Source of the DNA: Candidatus Latescibacterota bacterium
Lineage (GTDB): Bacteria > Latescibacterota > UBA2968 > GCA-2709665
Assembly: GCA_965248435.1 (NCBI GenBank)
Contig: OZ252100.1
Location: 4,128,001-4,192,000 of the forward strand
Direction of reading: 5' to 3'
DNA: 64,000 nucleotides
Shown here piece after piece: positions 19,899-29,532 of the stretch. How positions within the stretch are numbered: position 1 is the stretch's first letter; each line of letters starts with the position of its first letter. Below the pieces are notes generated by a model that did not search any database, had not been told where the DNA came from, and saw nothing but the letters and a program-made list of their open reading frames with translations. A program made the position numbers and the translations under genes.

Positions 19899-19913
19899 AG
19901 GCACGGCATTTGC
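19899..19913 (+). promoter_or_regulatory. Putative sigma54 (-24/-12) promoter
   Basis: aGGCACGgcatTTGC (GG-N10-GC). Confidence 0.55.
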
Positions 19914-19972
19914 CTTTTCAGAGGGGAAAAGACGGGGGCAACCCCAGCGACACCATCTTCAGAGGAAGACCC

Positions 19973-20242
19973 ATGGGAGCGATGTTTTCAGGGCTGTTTG
20001 CTGTCCTTTGCCTGTTTGCGGTGATTGTTGCCAAATATTTGACTTCGGCGAAACTCCAGAGTTGGCGCCAGCGGGTAATTGAGTCCGAAAATGAGGCTCG
20101 AAAGGCCAGGGGCAGGGTGAAAGCGGCCGAGAACGAGAAGGGCGTGGCAAGCCGCGGGGTGAACACCCAGGAGCGGAAGAAGAAGACACTGGAGCGGCAA
20201 ATCGACAAATTCAGAAAGGAACTCGCCGAGCTGAAGAGTTAG
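19973..20242 (+). CDS. Small membrane-anchored coiled-coil protein
   Basis: N-terminal TM, AKYLTS, charged helical tail; GAGG RBS; terminator follows. Confidence 0.75.
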   Translation: MGAMFSGLFAVLCLFAVIVAKYLTSAKLQSWRQRVIESENEARKARGRVKAAENEKGVASRGVNTQERKKKTLERQIDKFRKELAELKS

Positions 20243-20264
20243 CCTTTCAGCGACGCTGTGATAT

Positions 20265-20301
20265 GAAGAGGCCCCCTGGTTTTCCAGGCGGGCTTTTTTT
20301 T
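20265..20301 (+). terminator. Rho-independent terminator
   Basis: ggccccctgg-tttt-ccaggcgggc-tttttttt. Confidence 0.75.
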
Positions 20302-20499
20302 GTCCTTGCACGATGCACCGGGGGCGGGTGATGATGGGGAATTCAGCCACCTCGTGACAGATTTCCGACAGCTCTGTCGCCGTCCGGCAGCATTCGAGGC
20401 TGCGACAGAGGGCCGACGATAGGGATGGACGAATTTAAGGACCCTATAAACATCATCTTGTGGGCGGACATTTCAGATCGCCCGCGGGGCGGTGTATGA

Positions 20500-20515
20500 T
20501 GGCACACGTTGTGCA
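20500..20515 (+). promoter_or_regulatory. Putative sigma54 promoter
   Basis: TGGCACacgttgTGCA (GG-N10-GC). Confidence 0.45.
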
Positions 20516-20588
20516 TTGATAAGGATCTCGGAGAAGCACGCCGTCCAGGTCCGATCGCGAATCTCGTTCTAACGTGGGGGAGCGACAG

Positions 20589-20960
20589 ATGAAGATTCTC
20601 CTTGCAGAGGATGATCCGACGATCCGTAAGCTTTATGGCGAGGTGCTCGAGAGCTGCGGCCACGCCGTGATCACGGCGCGCGACGGCCGGGAGGCACTGA
20701 CGCGGATTGCGGAAGGGGAGTGTGATCTGGTGGTGATGGACCTCCATATGCCCAACATGAACGGGTTTGAGGCCCTCGGGGAGATGAAGCGGCAGGGGTC
20801 GAACCTGCCGGTGATCGTCATCTCGGGGTTCTATCCTGAGGATGTGATGGCGGAGCAGTTCCAGGATCTGGGACTGGAGATCAAGGAGGTGCTCAAGAAG
20901 CCTGTCAAGATCACGGACATTTCAAATGCGATTCACCGCGTCACCGTGGGGATGAGCTGA
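20589..20960 (+). CDS. Single-domain response regulator
   Basis: KILLAEDD, DLHMPNMNG, KP. Confidence 0.92.
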   Translation: MKILLAEDDPTIRKLYGEVLESCGHAVITARDGREALTRIAEGECDLVVMDLHMPNMNGFEALGEMKRQGSNLPVIVISGFYPEDVMAEQFQDLGLEIKEVLKKPVKITDISNAIHRVTVGMS

Positions 20961-20997
20961 GGCTCCGCGGCGCAGAGCGGCAGGGCGGGAAAACGAA

Positions 20998-21369
20998 ATG
21001 GCCACCATCCTGATTATCGACGACGACGAACCGGTGAGGCTCGTGATTCGTGAGATCCTCGAAAAGGCAGGGCACCAGGTCATCGAGGCAGAGGACGGTG
21101 TTGTGGGCTTGAGGGTCTACCGCGAGCGGCTCCCGGACCTGGTGACGACGAACATCCTGATGCCGGAGAAAGATGGGATCGAAACGATCAAGGAGCTGAA
21201 ACAAGAATTCCCGAACGTGAAGATCATCGCGATTTCAGGCGCTGACGTCTCCGGCGTCTTCGGCTTTCTTTCCCTGGCCAGAGAACTCGGCGCCGAGCGC
21301 GCTTTGGTAAAGCCCTTCCACAAACAGGAGATCCTGGAGGCGGTAGAGGAACTCCTAGAAGAGACGTAG
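20998..21369 (+). CDS. Single-domain receiver protein with phosphoacceptor Asp replaced by Asn
   Basis: ILIIDDD...DLVTTNILMPEKDG...KPF. Confidence 0.9.
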   Translation: MATILIIDDDEPVRLVIREILEKAGHQVIEAEDGVVGLRVYRERLPDLVTTNILMPEKDGIETIKELKQEFPNVKIIAISGADVSGVFGFLSLARELGAERALVKPFHKQEILEAVEELLEET

Positions 21370-21419
21370 GACTCAGTCTCGAGTTTCTTGTTTCTTGTTT
21401 CGAGTTGACAGCAAACATT

Positions 21420-21452
21420 AAAACCCCCTTTCCAACAGGAAAGGGGGTTTTT
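21420..21452. terminator. Bidirectional terminator between convergent genes
   Basis: aaaaccccctttcc-aaca-ggaaagggggtttt. Confidence 0.85.
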
Positions 21453-21530
21453 CGTGGTCCGTGAAATCAAATTCAGATCGAGGGACAACAGTCCAGAGCA
21501 GAATCAATCCTGGTTGCTTTTCCCGTGTGG

Positions 21531-21586
21531 ATTCTCTGCGATCCCTGCTTTCGCAGGGACATGCCTCTGCGTCTCTGCGGTGAGAT
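21531..21586 (-). repeat. CGCAGAG-type repeat containing a CATGTCCC...GGG hairpin; near-identical inverted copy at 57441-57494
   Basis: ctctgcgatccctgctttcgcagggacatgcctctgcgtc matches the reverse complement of 57451-57490. Confidence 0.75.
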
Positions 21587-21601
21587 TTCTCATTTTATCA
21601 T

Positions 21602-22462
21602 TCAGTCTTTTATGGCGAGCAATTCACGCAGGTGTTCTGCCGCGAGGCGCACGGCCTCCCGGTCGTCGCAGCGGTTGCGGTCGCTGCCGTCGAGTTCCCT
21701 GCCTTCGAAGACGATCGATATGTTCCCGTTGAAATCGACCGCCCTCAGGATCTGCAGGACACGTTTGTAGTCGATCCACTCTTCCCAGCCCTGGTCGATC
21801 TTGTAGATCTTGGCCCGAACACACGTGGCATACGGGGCGGTCTGTTCCATGTACTTGTAGATGTCGACGCTCGGATCGAAACTCCCGTCGCGCGGCTGTG
21901 CGCCGATCGACCCCAGCCATTGCCCCGTGTCCATGATGTGGGTGAAGTTCTCACGGTCCACATCGCCGAGGATCTGCAGGACGTCGTCGCCGGTCATCGC
22001 CAGGCTCTTGTTGTCGTGGTTCTGCAGCCCGACGACCATGCCTTTCTTGGCCGCGAAATCCGAGACCTCCTGGAATCGGCGGATCATCGGGGGATAGAAG
22101 GCGTCTCGATTCTCCAGGGCGACGAGACCCCCTCCCGCGAAGACGCGGATCATGTCCGCCCCCAGGAAGGCGGCCACATCCACGGCCTCCATGGCCTCCG
22201 CGAGGCGCGTTTTGCCGTCCTCTTCGGACGCGGCGAAGTGGCCGAGGTATCCGACGTAGCCGATGGGCAGGCCGTACTTCAGACAGAGCATCCTGAAGAG
22301 GAGGAGATAGTCCGGATCTTTCGAGAGAAACCCCCGGTCCATCTCCAGATCGATCACGTCGAGCTTCAGCTCGTAAGCGATGCGGGCGAAGGTGTCGAGG
22401 TCGACGTAGCGATCTCGATCCTCTGTATCGCGATGGGTGTGCTGCCAACCCAGCTTGATCAT
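21602..22462 (-). CDS. Sugar phosphate isomerase/epimerase (AP endonuclease 2 TIM barrel)
   Basis: IRVFAG, LQNHD, MDTG, ISIVFEG. Confidence 0.85.
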   Translation of the reverse strand: MIKLGWQHTHRDTEDRDRYVDLDTFARIAYELKLDVIDLEMDRGFLSKDPDYLLLFRMLCLKYGLPIGYVGYLGHFAASEEDGKTRLAEAMEAVDVAAFLGADMIRVFAGGGLVALENRDAFYPPMIRRFQEVSDFAAKKGMVVGLQNHDNKSLAMTGDDVLQILGDVDRENFTHIMDTGQWLGSIGAQPRDGSFDPSVDIYKYMEQTAPYATCVRAKIYKIDQGWEEWIDYKRVLQILRAVDFNGNISIVFEGRELDGSDRNRCDDREAVRLAAEHLRELLAIKD

Positions 22463-22537
22463 CGCGTATCTCGTATTTCGTGCCAGGTTCTTCGGGAATC
22501 GGAAAACAGAGCAGTGAGAAGAAGCGAGTGCTGGGGA

Positions 22538-22620
22538 AATGGAGTAATGGAGTAATGGAGTAATGGGGAGACAGTGCTAAGATTCTGGTTTTCCCAATAC
22601 TCCAGTACTGCAATACTCCA
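22538..22620. repeat. Inverted pair of 8-mer tandem repeats (AATGGAGT)n / (CAATACTC)n
   Basis: Direct reading. Confidence 0.75.
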
Positions 22621-22638
22621 GAATCACAGAAATGCCCA

Positions 22639-24225
22639 CTATTGGTAACGAATAAGCAACTCGAGACCGACGAGGTCGACCGGGCCGGTGCGGCCTGAGG
22701 GGCGCGGGCCGAGAGTGAGCTCGACCTGGTTTTCGCCCAGGGACAGGTTCGGTTCCACGAGGAGGTCGGTAAAGAGCGTGAACAGTAGGAATTCAAGACC
22801 ATGGATCCGTTCCGGCAGGCCCTTCCACTGTCCGGGCGGATCGGGCACTACAGGTGTAGGATTTCGCACTTCGCTGCCGTTCAGCTTGACGCTTACCTCG
22901 TCCTGATAGGGGTCGAAGTCGGTGAGCGACAGGCGGAGTCGGATCTCCTTGAGTGAGCCGTCTGACGCGGCATTCTTGACGTCGTCGCCGATGATGAGTT
23001 TCGCCGAGCTGGACTTGCCCTCCTCCAGCCGGACCGGAAGGAGACCCGGCACCGAGCCGTTTCGCATGGTCGGTGACTGCGTGGAGTGGTTCATCACGAA
23101 ATGCTTGTCCTTCCCGGCGAGGAGTTTGGGGTCTCCCATCTCTCTCATGACCTGGTCGCATCGGGGGAACCTGAAGTTCATGGTGTAGAGGCCGTCCGCG
23201 CCACAGCTGTAGTAGTAGGTCGCCAGCGCCCGGTCACGCTCCAGCCCGCGTTGACGGTACATGCACGGGTAGACGGGCACATCGTAGCAGTGTGCCAGCT
23301 CAACCCATTCGGTCACGGGGACGGCATAGTCATTCAGAGAACCGCCTACGACGAGGATGTCGATCAGGCCCTCCTTCAACCAGGTCTCCACGTCCAGGCC
23401 CATCCTCAGGTTGATCTCCGGCGAATCGAAGGCCCGGGGGACGAGCAGCAGGGGTCGGCCTCGATCGGACTCGATCTCTGTCATGCGACTGCGGGTTTTG
23501 CGCATAAAGTCGGTCATCATGTCGACGTGCCGCTGTTCGACCGGCTTGTGATCCAGGGTCGGTTTGAACAGGATAGGCCAGCGCCAGAAGTCCAGCTCCA
23601 TCCCGTCCACGTCGTAGCCGGTGCAGACCTCTTCGATTACGGCCAGCCGGAGGTCGCGAACGGCCTGGTGCTCGAAGTCGAGAGCGGACCAGCAGCTATA
23701 CCGCAGCTCGTGTTGATTGCCGCGCAGCCGCTCGCCCCTTTCGCCCAGGCAGAAATGCATGTGTTCGCGCTTCCACTTGCTGTAGGCGCTCTGCCTCCAG
23801 GAGTCCTGGATCATGTTCATTCGGAGGCTGGCGAAGACCTCCCTGCCCTGGGCATGGCTGTATTCCACGACGATTCTCAACGGGTCGGTTCCCGCGTCAA
23901 GAAACGTCTTCATGTTGTGCCAGAACTGGCCTAGAAGCTTCAGATCCTGCTTCGGGGCGCCGGGATAGGGCACCTGGCCCAGCATCTCGCCCACCTTGCT
24001 GTCATAGGCGTACTGCTCGATGCCTGCGAAACTCCACGAGATGGTGTCCACCTCAGGGATCCTGACCCCGTAGGCGATGGGATCGGACATGAGACCTTCC
24101 GGCGTGTTGGCAGGGTGTTCGACACCGTCCGGGTCCGTGCCCGTCTTCCCGTGAAGGTTGCCGGTGTCGTCGTTCATGATGATGCGGCGACGCCTCTTAA
24201 TGGCTTGTTGTCTATCGATGCCCAC
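22639..24225 (-). CDS. GHL10-like (family 10-like glycoside hydrolase) TIM-barrel protein, array copy 1
   Basis: RRIIxNDD, ASxRMN, ALD, DGMELDFWRWP, GADGxYTxN, C-terminal beta-rich domain. Confidence 0.75.
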   Translation of the reverse strand: MGIDRQQAIKRRRRIIMNDDTGNLHGKTGTDPDGVEHPANTPEGLMSDPIAYGVRIPEVDTISWSFAGIEQYAYDSKVGEMLGQVPYPGAPKQDLKLLGQFWHNMKTFLDAGTDPLRIVVEYSHAQGREVFASLRMNMIQDSWRQSAYSKWKREHMHFCLGERGERLRGNQHELRYSCWSALDFEHQAVRDLRLAVIEEVCTGYDVDGMELDFWRWPILFKPTLDHKPVEQRHVDMMTDFMRKTRSRMTEIESDRGRPLLLVPRAFDSPEINLRMGLDVETWLKEGLIDILVVGGSLNDYAVPVTEWVELAHCYDVPVYPCMYRQRGLERDRALATYYYSCGADGLYTMNFRFPRCDQVMREMGDPKLLAGKDKHFVMNHSTQSPTMRNGSVPGLLPVRLEEGKSSSAKLIIGDDVKNAASDGSLKEIRLRLSLTDFDPYQDEVSVKLNGSEVRNPTPVVPDPPGQWKGLPERIHGLEFLLFTLFTDLLVEPNLSLGENQVELTLGPRPSGRTGPVDLVGLELLIRYQ

Positions 24226-24240
24226 TGCGTCCTCTTTGAT

Positions 24241-24266
24241 CGAGATGCGGCACCGCCGCGTCTCTA
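24241..24266 (-). repeat. GTAG-type REP palindrome
   Basis: GTAGagacgcggcggtgccgcatctc on the minus strand. Confidence 0.65.
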
Positions 24267-24273
24267 CTGGTTG

Positions 24274-25860
24274 TTATTGATATCTGATGAATAATTCGAG
24301 GCCGACGAGGTCGACAGGGCCGGTCATGCCGGAAGCGCGTGGTCCCAGGGTGAGCTCGACTGGGTTTTCACCGAGGGTCAGGTTCGGTTCGACCAGGAGG
24401 TCGGTAAAGACCGTGAACACAAGGTATTCCATACCGCGTATTCGTTCAACCAACCCGTCCCACTCTCTGGGCCGATCGGGTCTTACTTGCGTAGGATTTC
24501 GTAGCTCATTGTCGTTCAGCTTCACGCTCAGCTCGTCCTGATGGGGATCGAAGTCGGTGAGGGAGAGGCGGAGTCGGATCTCCTTGAGCGAGCCGTCCGC
24601 CGCGGCCTTCTTGACGTCGTCGCCGATGATGAGCTTCGCGGAGCTGGACTTGCCCTCCTCCAGCCGGACGGGGAGGAGGCCCGGAACGGAGCCGTTCAAC
24701 ATGACCAGAGACCGCGTGGAGTGGTTCATCACGAAATGCTTGTCCTTACCGGCGAGGAGCTGGGGGTCTCCCATCTCTCTCATTGCTTGGTCGCAATGGG
24801 GGAATCTGAGGTTGAAGGTGTAGATGCCGTCCGGGCCACAGCTGTGGTAGTAATTCGCCAGTGCCCGGTCCCTCTCCAGCCCCCGCTGACGGTACATGCA
24901 CGGATAGATCTGCGTATCGTACCTGTGGGCTAGCTCGACCCAGTCTTTTACAGGAAGGGCGTAGTCGTTGAAGGAGCCACTCACGACGAGGATATCGACC
25001 AGGCCCTCCTTCAGCCAGCCCTCCACGTCCAGGCCCATCCTCAGGTTGATTTCGGGAGAGTCGAAGACCCGGGGGACCAGCATGAGGGGTTTGCCCTTCT
25101 CCGACTCGATCTCCAGCATCCGGCTTCGGGCCTTGCGCATAAAGTCGGTCATCATGTCGATGTGCTGCTGTTCGACCGGCTTGTGATCCAGTGTTGGCTT
25201 GAACAGGATCGGCCAGCGCCAGAAGTCCAGCTCGATGCCATCCACGTCGTAGTTGGAACAGACCTCTTCGACGATGGCGAGCCTTCGCTCTCGAACCTCG
25301 TTGTGTGCGAAGTCCAGCGCGGACCAGCAGTGGGTTAACAGCGCGTTGTGGTCACCGTTCACCCGCGAGCCTCGTTCGCCCAGGCAGAGATGCATGTTCT
25401 CGCGCTTCCACTTGCTGTAGGTGCTCGGTCTCCAGGAGTCCTGGATCATGTTCATGCGGAGGCTGCCGAAGACCTCCCGGTCGTGCTCGCGGCAGTATTC
25501 GACGACAGTCTGCAGCGGATCGGTGCCCCGGTCCAGGAACGACTTGATGTTGTGCCCGATCGTCGCGATATGCTCGATGTCCTGTTTGGGCGCTCCGGGA
25601 TACGGCTCCATGCCGGCGATCTCGGCGATCTTGGTGTTGTAGTCGACCTGCTCGATGCGGGTGAAGCTCCAGGAGACGGTGTCGATCTCGGGGATCCGGA
25701 CGGCGAAGGAGAGGGGATCGGCCAGAAGCCCCTCGGGGGTGTCGGTGGTATGCTCCACGCCGTCCGCGTCGACGGCCGTCTTCGCGGGGAGCGTCCCGGA
25801 GTCGTCGTTCATGATGATACGGCGACGCCGCTTTCTGGCTTTTTCCCTATCGATGCTCAT
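24274..25860 (-). CDS. GHL10-like protein, array copy 2
   Basis: Same motifs; closest to copy 1. Confidence 0.75.
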   Translation of the reverse strand: MSIDREKARKRRRRIIMNDDSGTLPAKTAVDADGVEHTTDTPEGLLADPLSFAVRIPEIDTVSWSFTRIEQVDYNTKIAEIAGMEPYPGAPKQDIEHIATIGHNIKSFLDRGTDPLQTVVEYCREHDREVFGSLRMNMIQDSWRPSTYSKWKRENMHLCLGERGSRVNGDHNALLTHCWSALDFAHNEVRERRLAIVEEVCSNYDVDGIELDFWRWPILFKPTLDHKPVEQQHIDMMTDFMRKARSRMLEIESEKGKPLMLVPRVFDSPEINLRMGLDVEGWLKEGLVDILVVSGSFNDYALPVKDWVELAHRYDTQIYPCMYRQRGLERDRALANYYHSCGPDGIYTFNLRFPHCDQAMREMGDPQLLAGKDKHFVMNHSTRSLVMLNGSVPGLLPVRLEEGKSSSAKLIIGDDVKKAAADGSLKEIRLRLSLTDFDPHQDELSVKLNDNELRNPTQVRPDRPREWDGLVERIRGMEYLVFTVFTDLLVEPNLTLGENPVELTLGPRASGMTGPVDLVGLELFIRYQ

Positions 25861-25885
25861 TGCGTAATTCTCCTTGCGATTTCGT

Positions 25886-26046
25886 GGACCCCTCCCTCGG
25901 TCCCTCCCCTAAAGGGGAGGGAAGGTAGATGCGGTCCTTGTGGCCAAAACGAAGTCCTGACCTTGCGCTTGGGCGGTGAATCGTAGAGAAATGAGTTAAT
26001 CACTTGTGTTCGTTCCCCCCTTCCCTTTAGGGAAGGGGGGTTAGGT
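25886..26046. repeat. ~160-bp REPIN/MITE-like element with palindromic ends
   Basis: ccctcccctaaaggggaggg ... cccccttccctttagggaaggggggttagg; homologous to 29377-29532. Confidence 0.7.
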
Positions 26047-26059
26047 CTGCAATCGGCAT

Positions 26060-27631
26060 CTACTGGTAACGAATGAACAGCTCCAGCCCAACGAGGTCCA
26101 CCGTGCCGGTGAGGCCGGAGGGGCGTGAGCCGAGTGTAAGCTCGACCTGGTTTTCGCCCTTCCTTACGGTCGGTTCCATACGGATGTCGGAGTAGAGGGT
26201 GAAGACCTTGAATTGCAGACTGCGGATGTTCTCCTCTATACCCTGCCACTCCCGACCCCTTCTGTGCGCGAAGGGATCTTCGGGCTGCACAGTCAGAGGG
26301 TTTTTCAATCGGCGGTTGTTGAGCGTGACCGCGAGCTCGTCCTGACGCGGGTCGAAGTTCGTGAGGGAGAGACGGAGGTTGAGCTCTGAGAGGCTGTCTT
26401 CATCGGCGGCTTTCTCTACGTCGTCGCCGATCAGGAGTTTCGCCGCGGCCGGGCTCCCTTCTACCAGCCGGACTGGAAGCAAGCCGGGTGCGGCGCCGTT
26501 CTGAAGGCAGGTGGAGGTGATCGAGTGGTTCATCACGTATTGCTTCGGCTCGCGCGAGATGGTTTCCGCATCTCCGAGTGTTCGAAGGAAATCGAGGTCC
26601 TTTGGGAGCCGGAGGTTGAAGGTGTAGATGCCGTCCGCGCCGCAGCTCCAGTAGTAGGCCGCGACGGCCAGGTCGTGCTCCAGGCCGTTCCTGCCGTAGA
26701 GGCAGGCATACAGCGGCACGTCGTGTTTGTGGGCGAGCTCGACCCAGTCCGAGACGGGGAAGGAGAAGTGGTTGAAGCTCCCCCCGACGACAAGGATATC
26801 GAGCAGGCCCTCTTCGAGCCAGGTCTCGACGTCCAGGCCCATCCTCCGGTTGATCTCGAGCGTGTCGAAGACACGCGGTGCGAGGATGAGGGGCCGGTCC
26901 CGCCCGGCATCGATCTCCATCATCCGTGCGCGGGTCTTTCGCATGAAGTCGGTCGTCAGGTCGATGTGACGCTGTTCGACCGGCTCCCGGTTCAGCGTCG
27001 GCTTGTAGAGGATCGGCCAGCGCCAGAAGTCCAGCTCCATCCCGTCGACTTCATACCGGCTGCAGATGTCGTCGATCATCGCGAAACGGTAGTCGCGCAC
27101 CGCTTCGTGCTCCCAGTCGAGCGCGGACCAGCAGAGGCGAAGGTCTTTGTTGTCGCTGTTCTCCCAGTCGCCCCTTTTGCCCAGACAGTATTCGGGGTGC
27201 TCGCGCTTGAACCGGGAGGCGAAGTAGGGCCTGAACGAGTCCTGGATCATGTTCATGCGGCAGCTCGCGAAGACCTCCCGGCCGACGCCGTGACCCCAGT
27301 CGCAGATAAACTTGATCGGGTCCGTCCCCCTTTCCATCATCGCTCTGATGATGGTCCGCTCCGTTTTCCAGGTCTTCTGGTCCGCCACCGGCATGTTCGG
27401 CGCAGGCTCTTCGCCGGCGATGTGATCGACCCTCGTGTCGTAGAGCAGGTGGTCCGCGCCGACGATGAAACTCCACCAGATGCTGTCCGTCTGGGTGTCC
27501 AGGATGTGGCCGAGCCGGGCCTCCAGAAAGCCCTGCTCGGTCACCGCTTCCGGCTCCCACAAAACGCAGCCGTCGTCGTTAACGATGACGCGTCTGGGGC
27601 GATGTATGGCTTTTTGTCTATCGATACTCAC
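26060..27631 (-). CDS. GHL10-like protein, array copy 3
   Basis: Same motifs. Confidence 0.75.
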   Translation of the reverse strand: MSIDRQKAIHRPRRVIVNDDGCVLWEPEAVTEQGFLEARLGHILDTQTDSIWWSFIVGADHLLYDTRVDHIAGEEPAPNMPVADQKTWKTERTIIRAMMERGTDPIKFICDWGHGVGREVFASCRMNMIQDSFRPYFASRFKREHPEYCLGKRGDWENSDNKDLRLCWSALDWEHEAVRDYRFAMIDDICSRYEVDGMELDFWRWPILYKPTLNREPVEQRHIDLTTDFMRKTRARMMEIDAGRDRPLILAPRVFDTLEINRRMGLDVETWLEEGLLDILVVGGSFNHFSFPVSDWVELAHKHDVPLYACLYGRNGLEHDLAVAAYYWSCGADGIYTFNLRLPKDLDFLRTLGDAETISREPKQYVMNHSITSTCLQNGAAPGLLPVRLVEGSPAAAKLLIGDDVEKAADEDSLSELNLRLSLTNFDPRQDELAVTLNNRRLKNPLTVQPEDPFAHRRGREWQGIEENIRSLQFKVFTLYSDIRMEPTVRKGENQVELTLGSRPSGLTGTVDLVGLELFIRYQ

Positions 27632-27663
27632 TGTGTGATCCTCCTCGCGTTATGGTGGATCGG

Positions 27664-27749
27664 ACCTAACCCCCCGCCCCCCTTCCCTAAAGGGAAGGGG
27701 GAGAAGAGGTAGGATGCATCACCGTAGGGGCACGGCGTGCCGTGCCCGG
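27664..27749. repeat. CCCCTTCCC-GGGAAGGGG palindrome plus GTAG-type REP
   Basis: cctaaccccccgcccccttccctaaagggaagggg; GTAGgggcacggcgtgccgtgccc. Confidence 0.7.
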
Positions 27750-27757
27750 ATCTAGCG

Positions 27758-29329
27758 TCATTGATAGCGAATGAATAACTCAAGGCCCACGAGGTCGACC
27801 GGTTCTTCGAGGCCGGAAGCGCGCGGTCCGAGGGTGAGCTCGACCTGGTTTTCACCCTTCGTCACGGTCGGTTCCATTCGGATGTCGGCGTAGAGCGTGA
27901 AGACCTTGAATTGCAAACTGCAGATGCTGCCCTCGATGCCCTGCCACTCCCGACCCCTTCTGTGCGCGAATGGATCTTCGGGCTGAACCGTCAGGGGGCG
28001 CTTCAAATGGCGGCCGTTGAGCGTGACGGCCAGCTCGTCCTGGTCCGGATCGAAGTTCGTGAGGGAGAGACGAAGGTTGAGCTCTGAGAGGCTGTCTTCA
28101 TCGGCGGCCTTCTCTGCGTCGTCGCCGACCAGGAGCCTTGCGGATGCCGGGCTGCCTTCTTCCAGGCGCACTGGAAGAAGGCCGGGTGCGGCGCCGTTCT
28201 GGAGGCAGGTGCCGGTGTTCGAGTGGTTCATCACATAGCGCTTCGGCTTGTGCGAGATCTTTTCGGCATCTCCGAGTTCGTGGATGAAGTCGAGGTCCCG
28301 CGGGAACCTGAGGTTGAAGGTGTAGATGCCGTCCGCGCCGCAGCTCCAGTAGTAGGACGCGACGGCCAGGTCGTGCTCCAGGCCGTTCCTTCCATAGAGA
28401 CATGCATACAGCGGCACGTCGTGCTTGTGTGCGAGCTCGACCCAGTCCGAGACGGGGAAGGAGAAGTGGTTGTAGCTCCCGCCGATGACTAAGATGTCGA
28501 GCAGGCCCTCTTCGAGCCAGGTCTCTACGTCCAGGCCCATCCTCCGGTTGATCTCGAGGGTATCGAAGACTCGCGGAGCGAGGATCAGGGGTTGGTCACG
28601 CTCGGCATCGATCTCCATCATCCGCTTGCGGGTCTTTCGCATGAAGTCGGTCATCATGTCGATGTGCTTCTGCTCGACGGGGTCGTGATACATCGTCGGT
28701 TTGAACAGGATGGGCCAGCGCCAGAAGTCCAGCTCCATACCGTCTACCGGGTAGCCGCTGCAGATCTCGTCGATCAGCGCGAAACGTTGGTCGCGCACCG
28801 CCTCGTGTTCCCAGTCGAGTGCGGACCAGCAGAGCTGCTCGTCTGGATTGTCGCTGTTCTCTCCCATCCCGCGCTCGCCCAGGCAGTACTCGGGGTGATC
28901 GCGCTTCCACTGCGTGTTGAAGTTGGGCCGCCAGGAGTCCTGGACCATGTTCATTCTGAAACTGGCGAACACCTCGCGACCGACGCCGTGGCCCCAGTCG
29001 CAGATGAACTTCAGGGGGTCCGTTCCCCTGTCAATGAAGGACTTGATGTTGTTCCATACCGTCGCCCACCCTTCCAGGTCCTTCCTGGGGGAGCCGGGGA
29101 CCGGGATCTTGCCCGCGACATCGCCCACCTTCGTGTCGTATCCCAGGCAGTCTGAGTTCATGATGAAGCTCCACCAGATGCTGTCTATCTGGCTGTCCAG
29201 GATGTGGCCGAAACAGGCATCGAGAAACCCCGCCTCGGTGTGGGCGTTCGGGTCTTGCAGTTCGTAGGCGTCGTCGTTCAGGATGATGCGGCGACGTTTG
29301 TGGATGGCTTCTTGTCTGTTGATGCTCAT
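27758..29329 (-). CDS. GHL10-like protein, array copy 4
   Basis: Same motifs. Confidence 0.75.
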   Translation of the reverse strand: MSINRQEAIHKRRRIILNDDAYELQDPNAHTEAGFLDACFGHILDSQIDSIWWSFIMNSDCLGYDTKVGDVAGKIPVPGSPRKDLEGWATVWNNIKSFIDRGTDPLKFICDWGHGVGREVFASFRMNMVQDSWRPNFNTQWKRDHPEYCLGERGMGENSDNPDEQLCWSALDWEHEAVRDQRFALIDEICSGYPVDGMELDFWRWPILFKPTMYHDPVEQKHIDMMTDFMRKTRKRMMEIDAERDQPLILAPRVFDTLEINRRMGLDVETWLEEGLLDILVIGGSYNHFSFPVSDWVELAHKHDVPLYACLYGRNGLEHDLAVASYYWSCGADGIYTFNLRFPRDLDFIHELGDAEKISHKPKRYVMNHSNTGTCLQNGAAPGLLPVRLEEGSPASARLLVGDDAEKAADEDSLSELNLRLSLTNFDPDQDELAVTLNGRHLKRPLTVQPEDPFAHRRGREWQGIEGSICSLQFKVFTLYADIRMEPTVTKGENQVELTLGPRASGLEEPVDLVGLELFIRYQ

Positions 29330-29376
29330 TGCATGGTCCCCCTTGTGATTACGTCGTTCGTCGTTCGTGAATCGTA

Positions 29377-29532
29377 GACCCCTTCCTCGGTCCCTCCCCT
29401 AAAGGGGAGGGAAGATAGTTGCAATCCTCGATGCCAAAACGAAGTCCTATTGTTTCACGTATACTCGTTCCCCCCTTCCCTTAGGGAAGCATGTCCCGAG
29501 CCAGACGAGGGAGGGGGCCAGGGGGGTTAGGT
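29377..29532. repeat. REPIN/MITE-like element with nested 22-nt insertion (29490-29511)
   Basis: Homologous to 25886-26046, including the internal gccaaaacgaagtcct. Confidence 0.7.
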
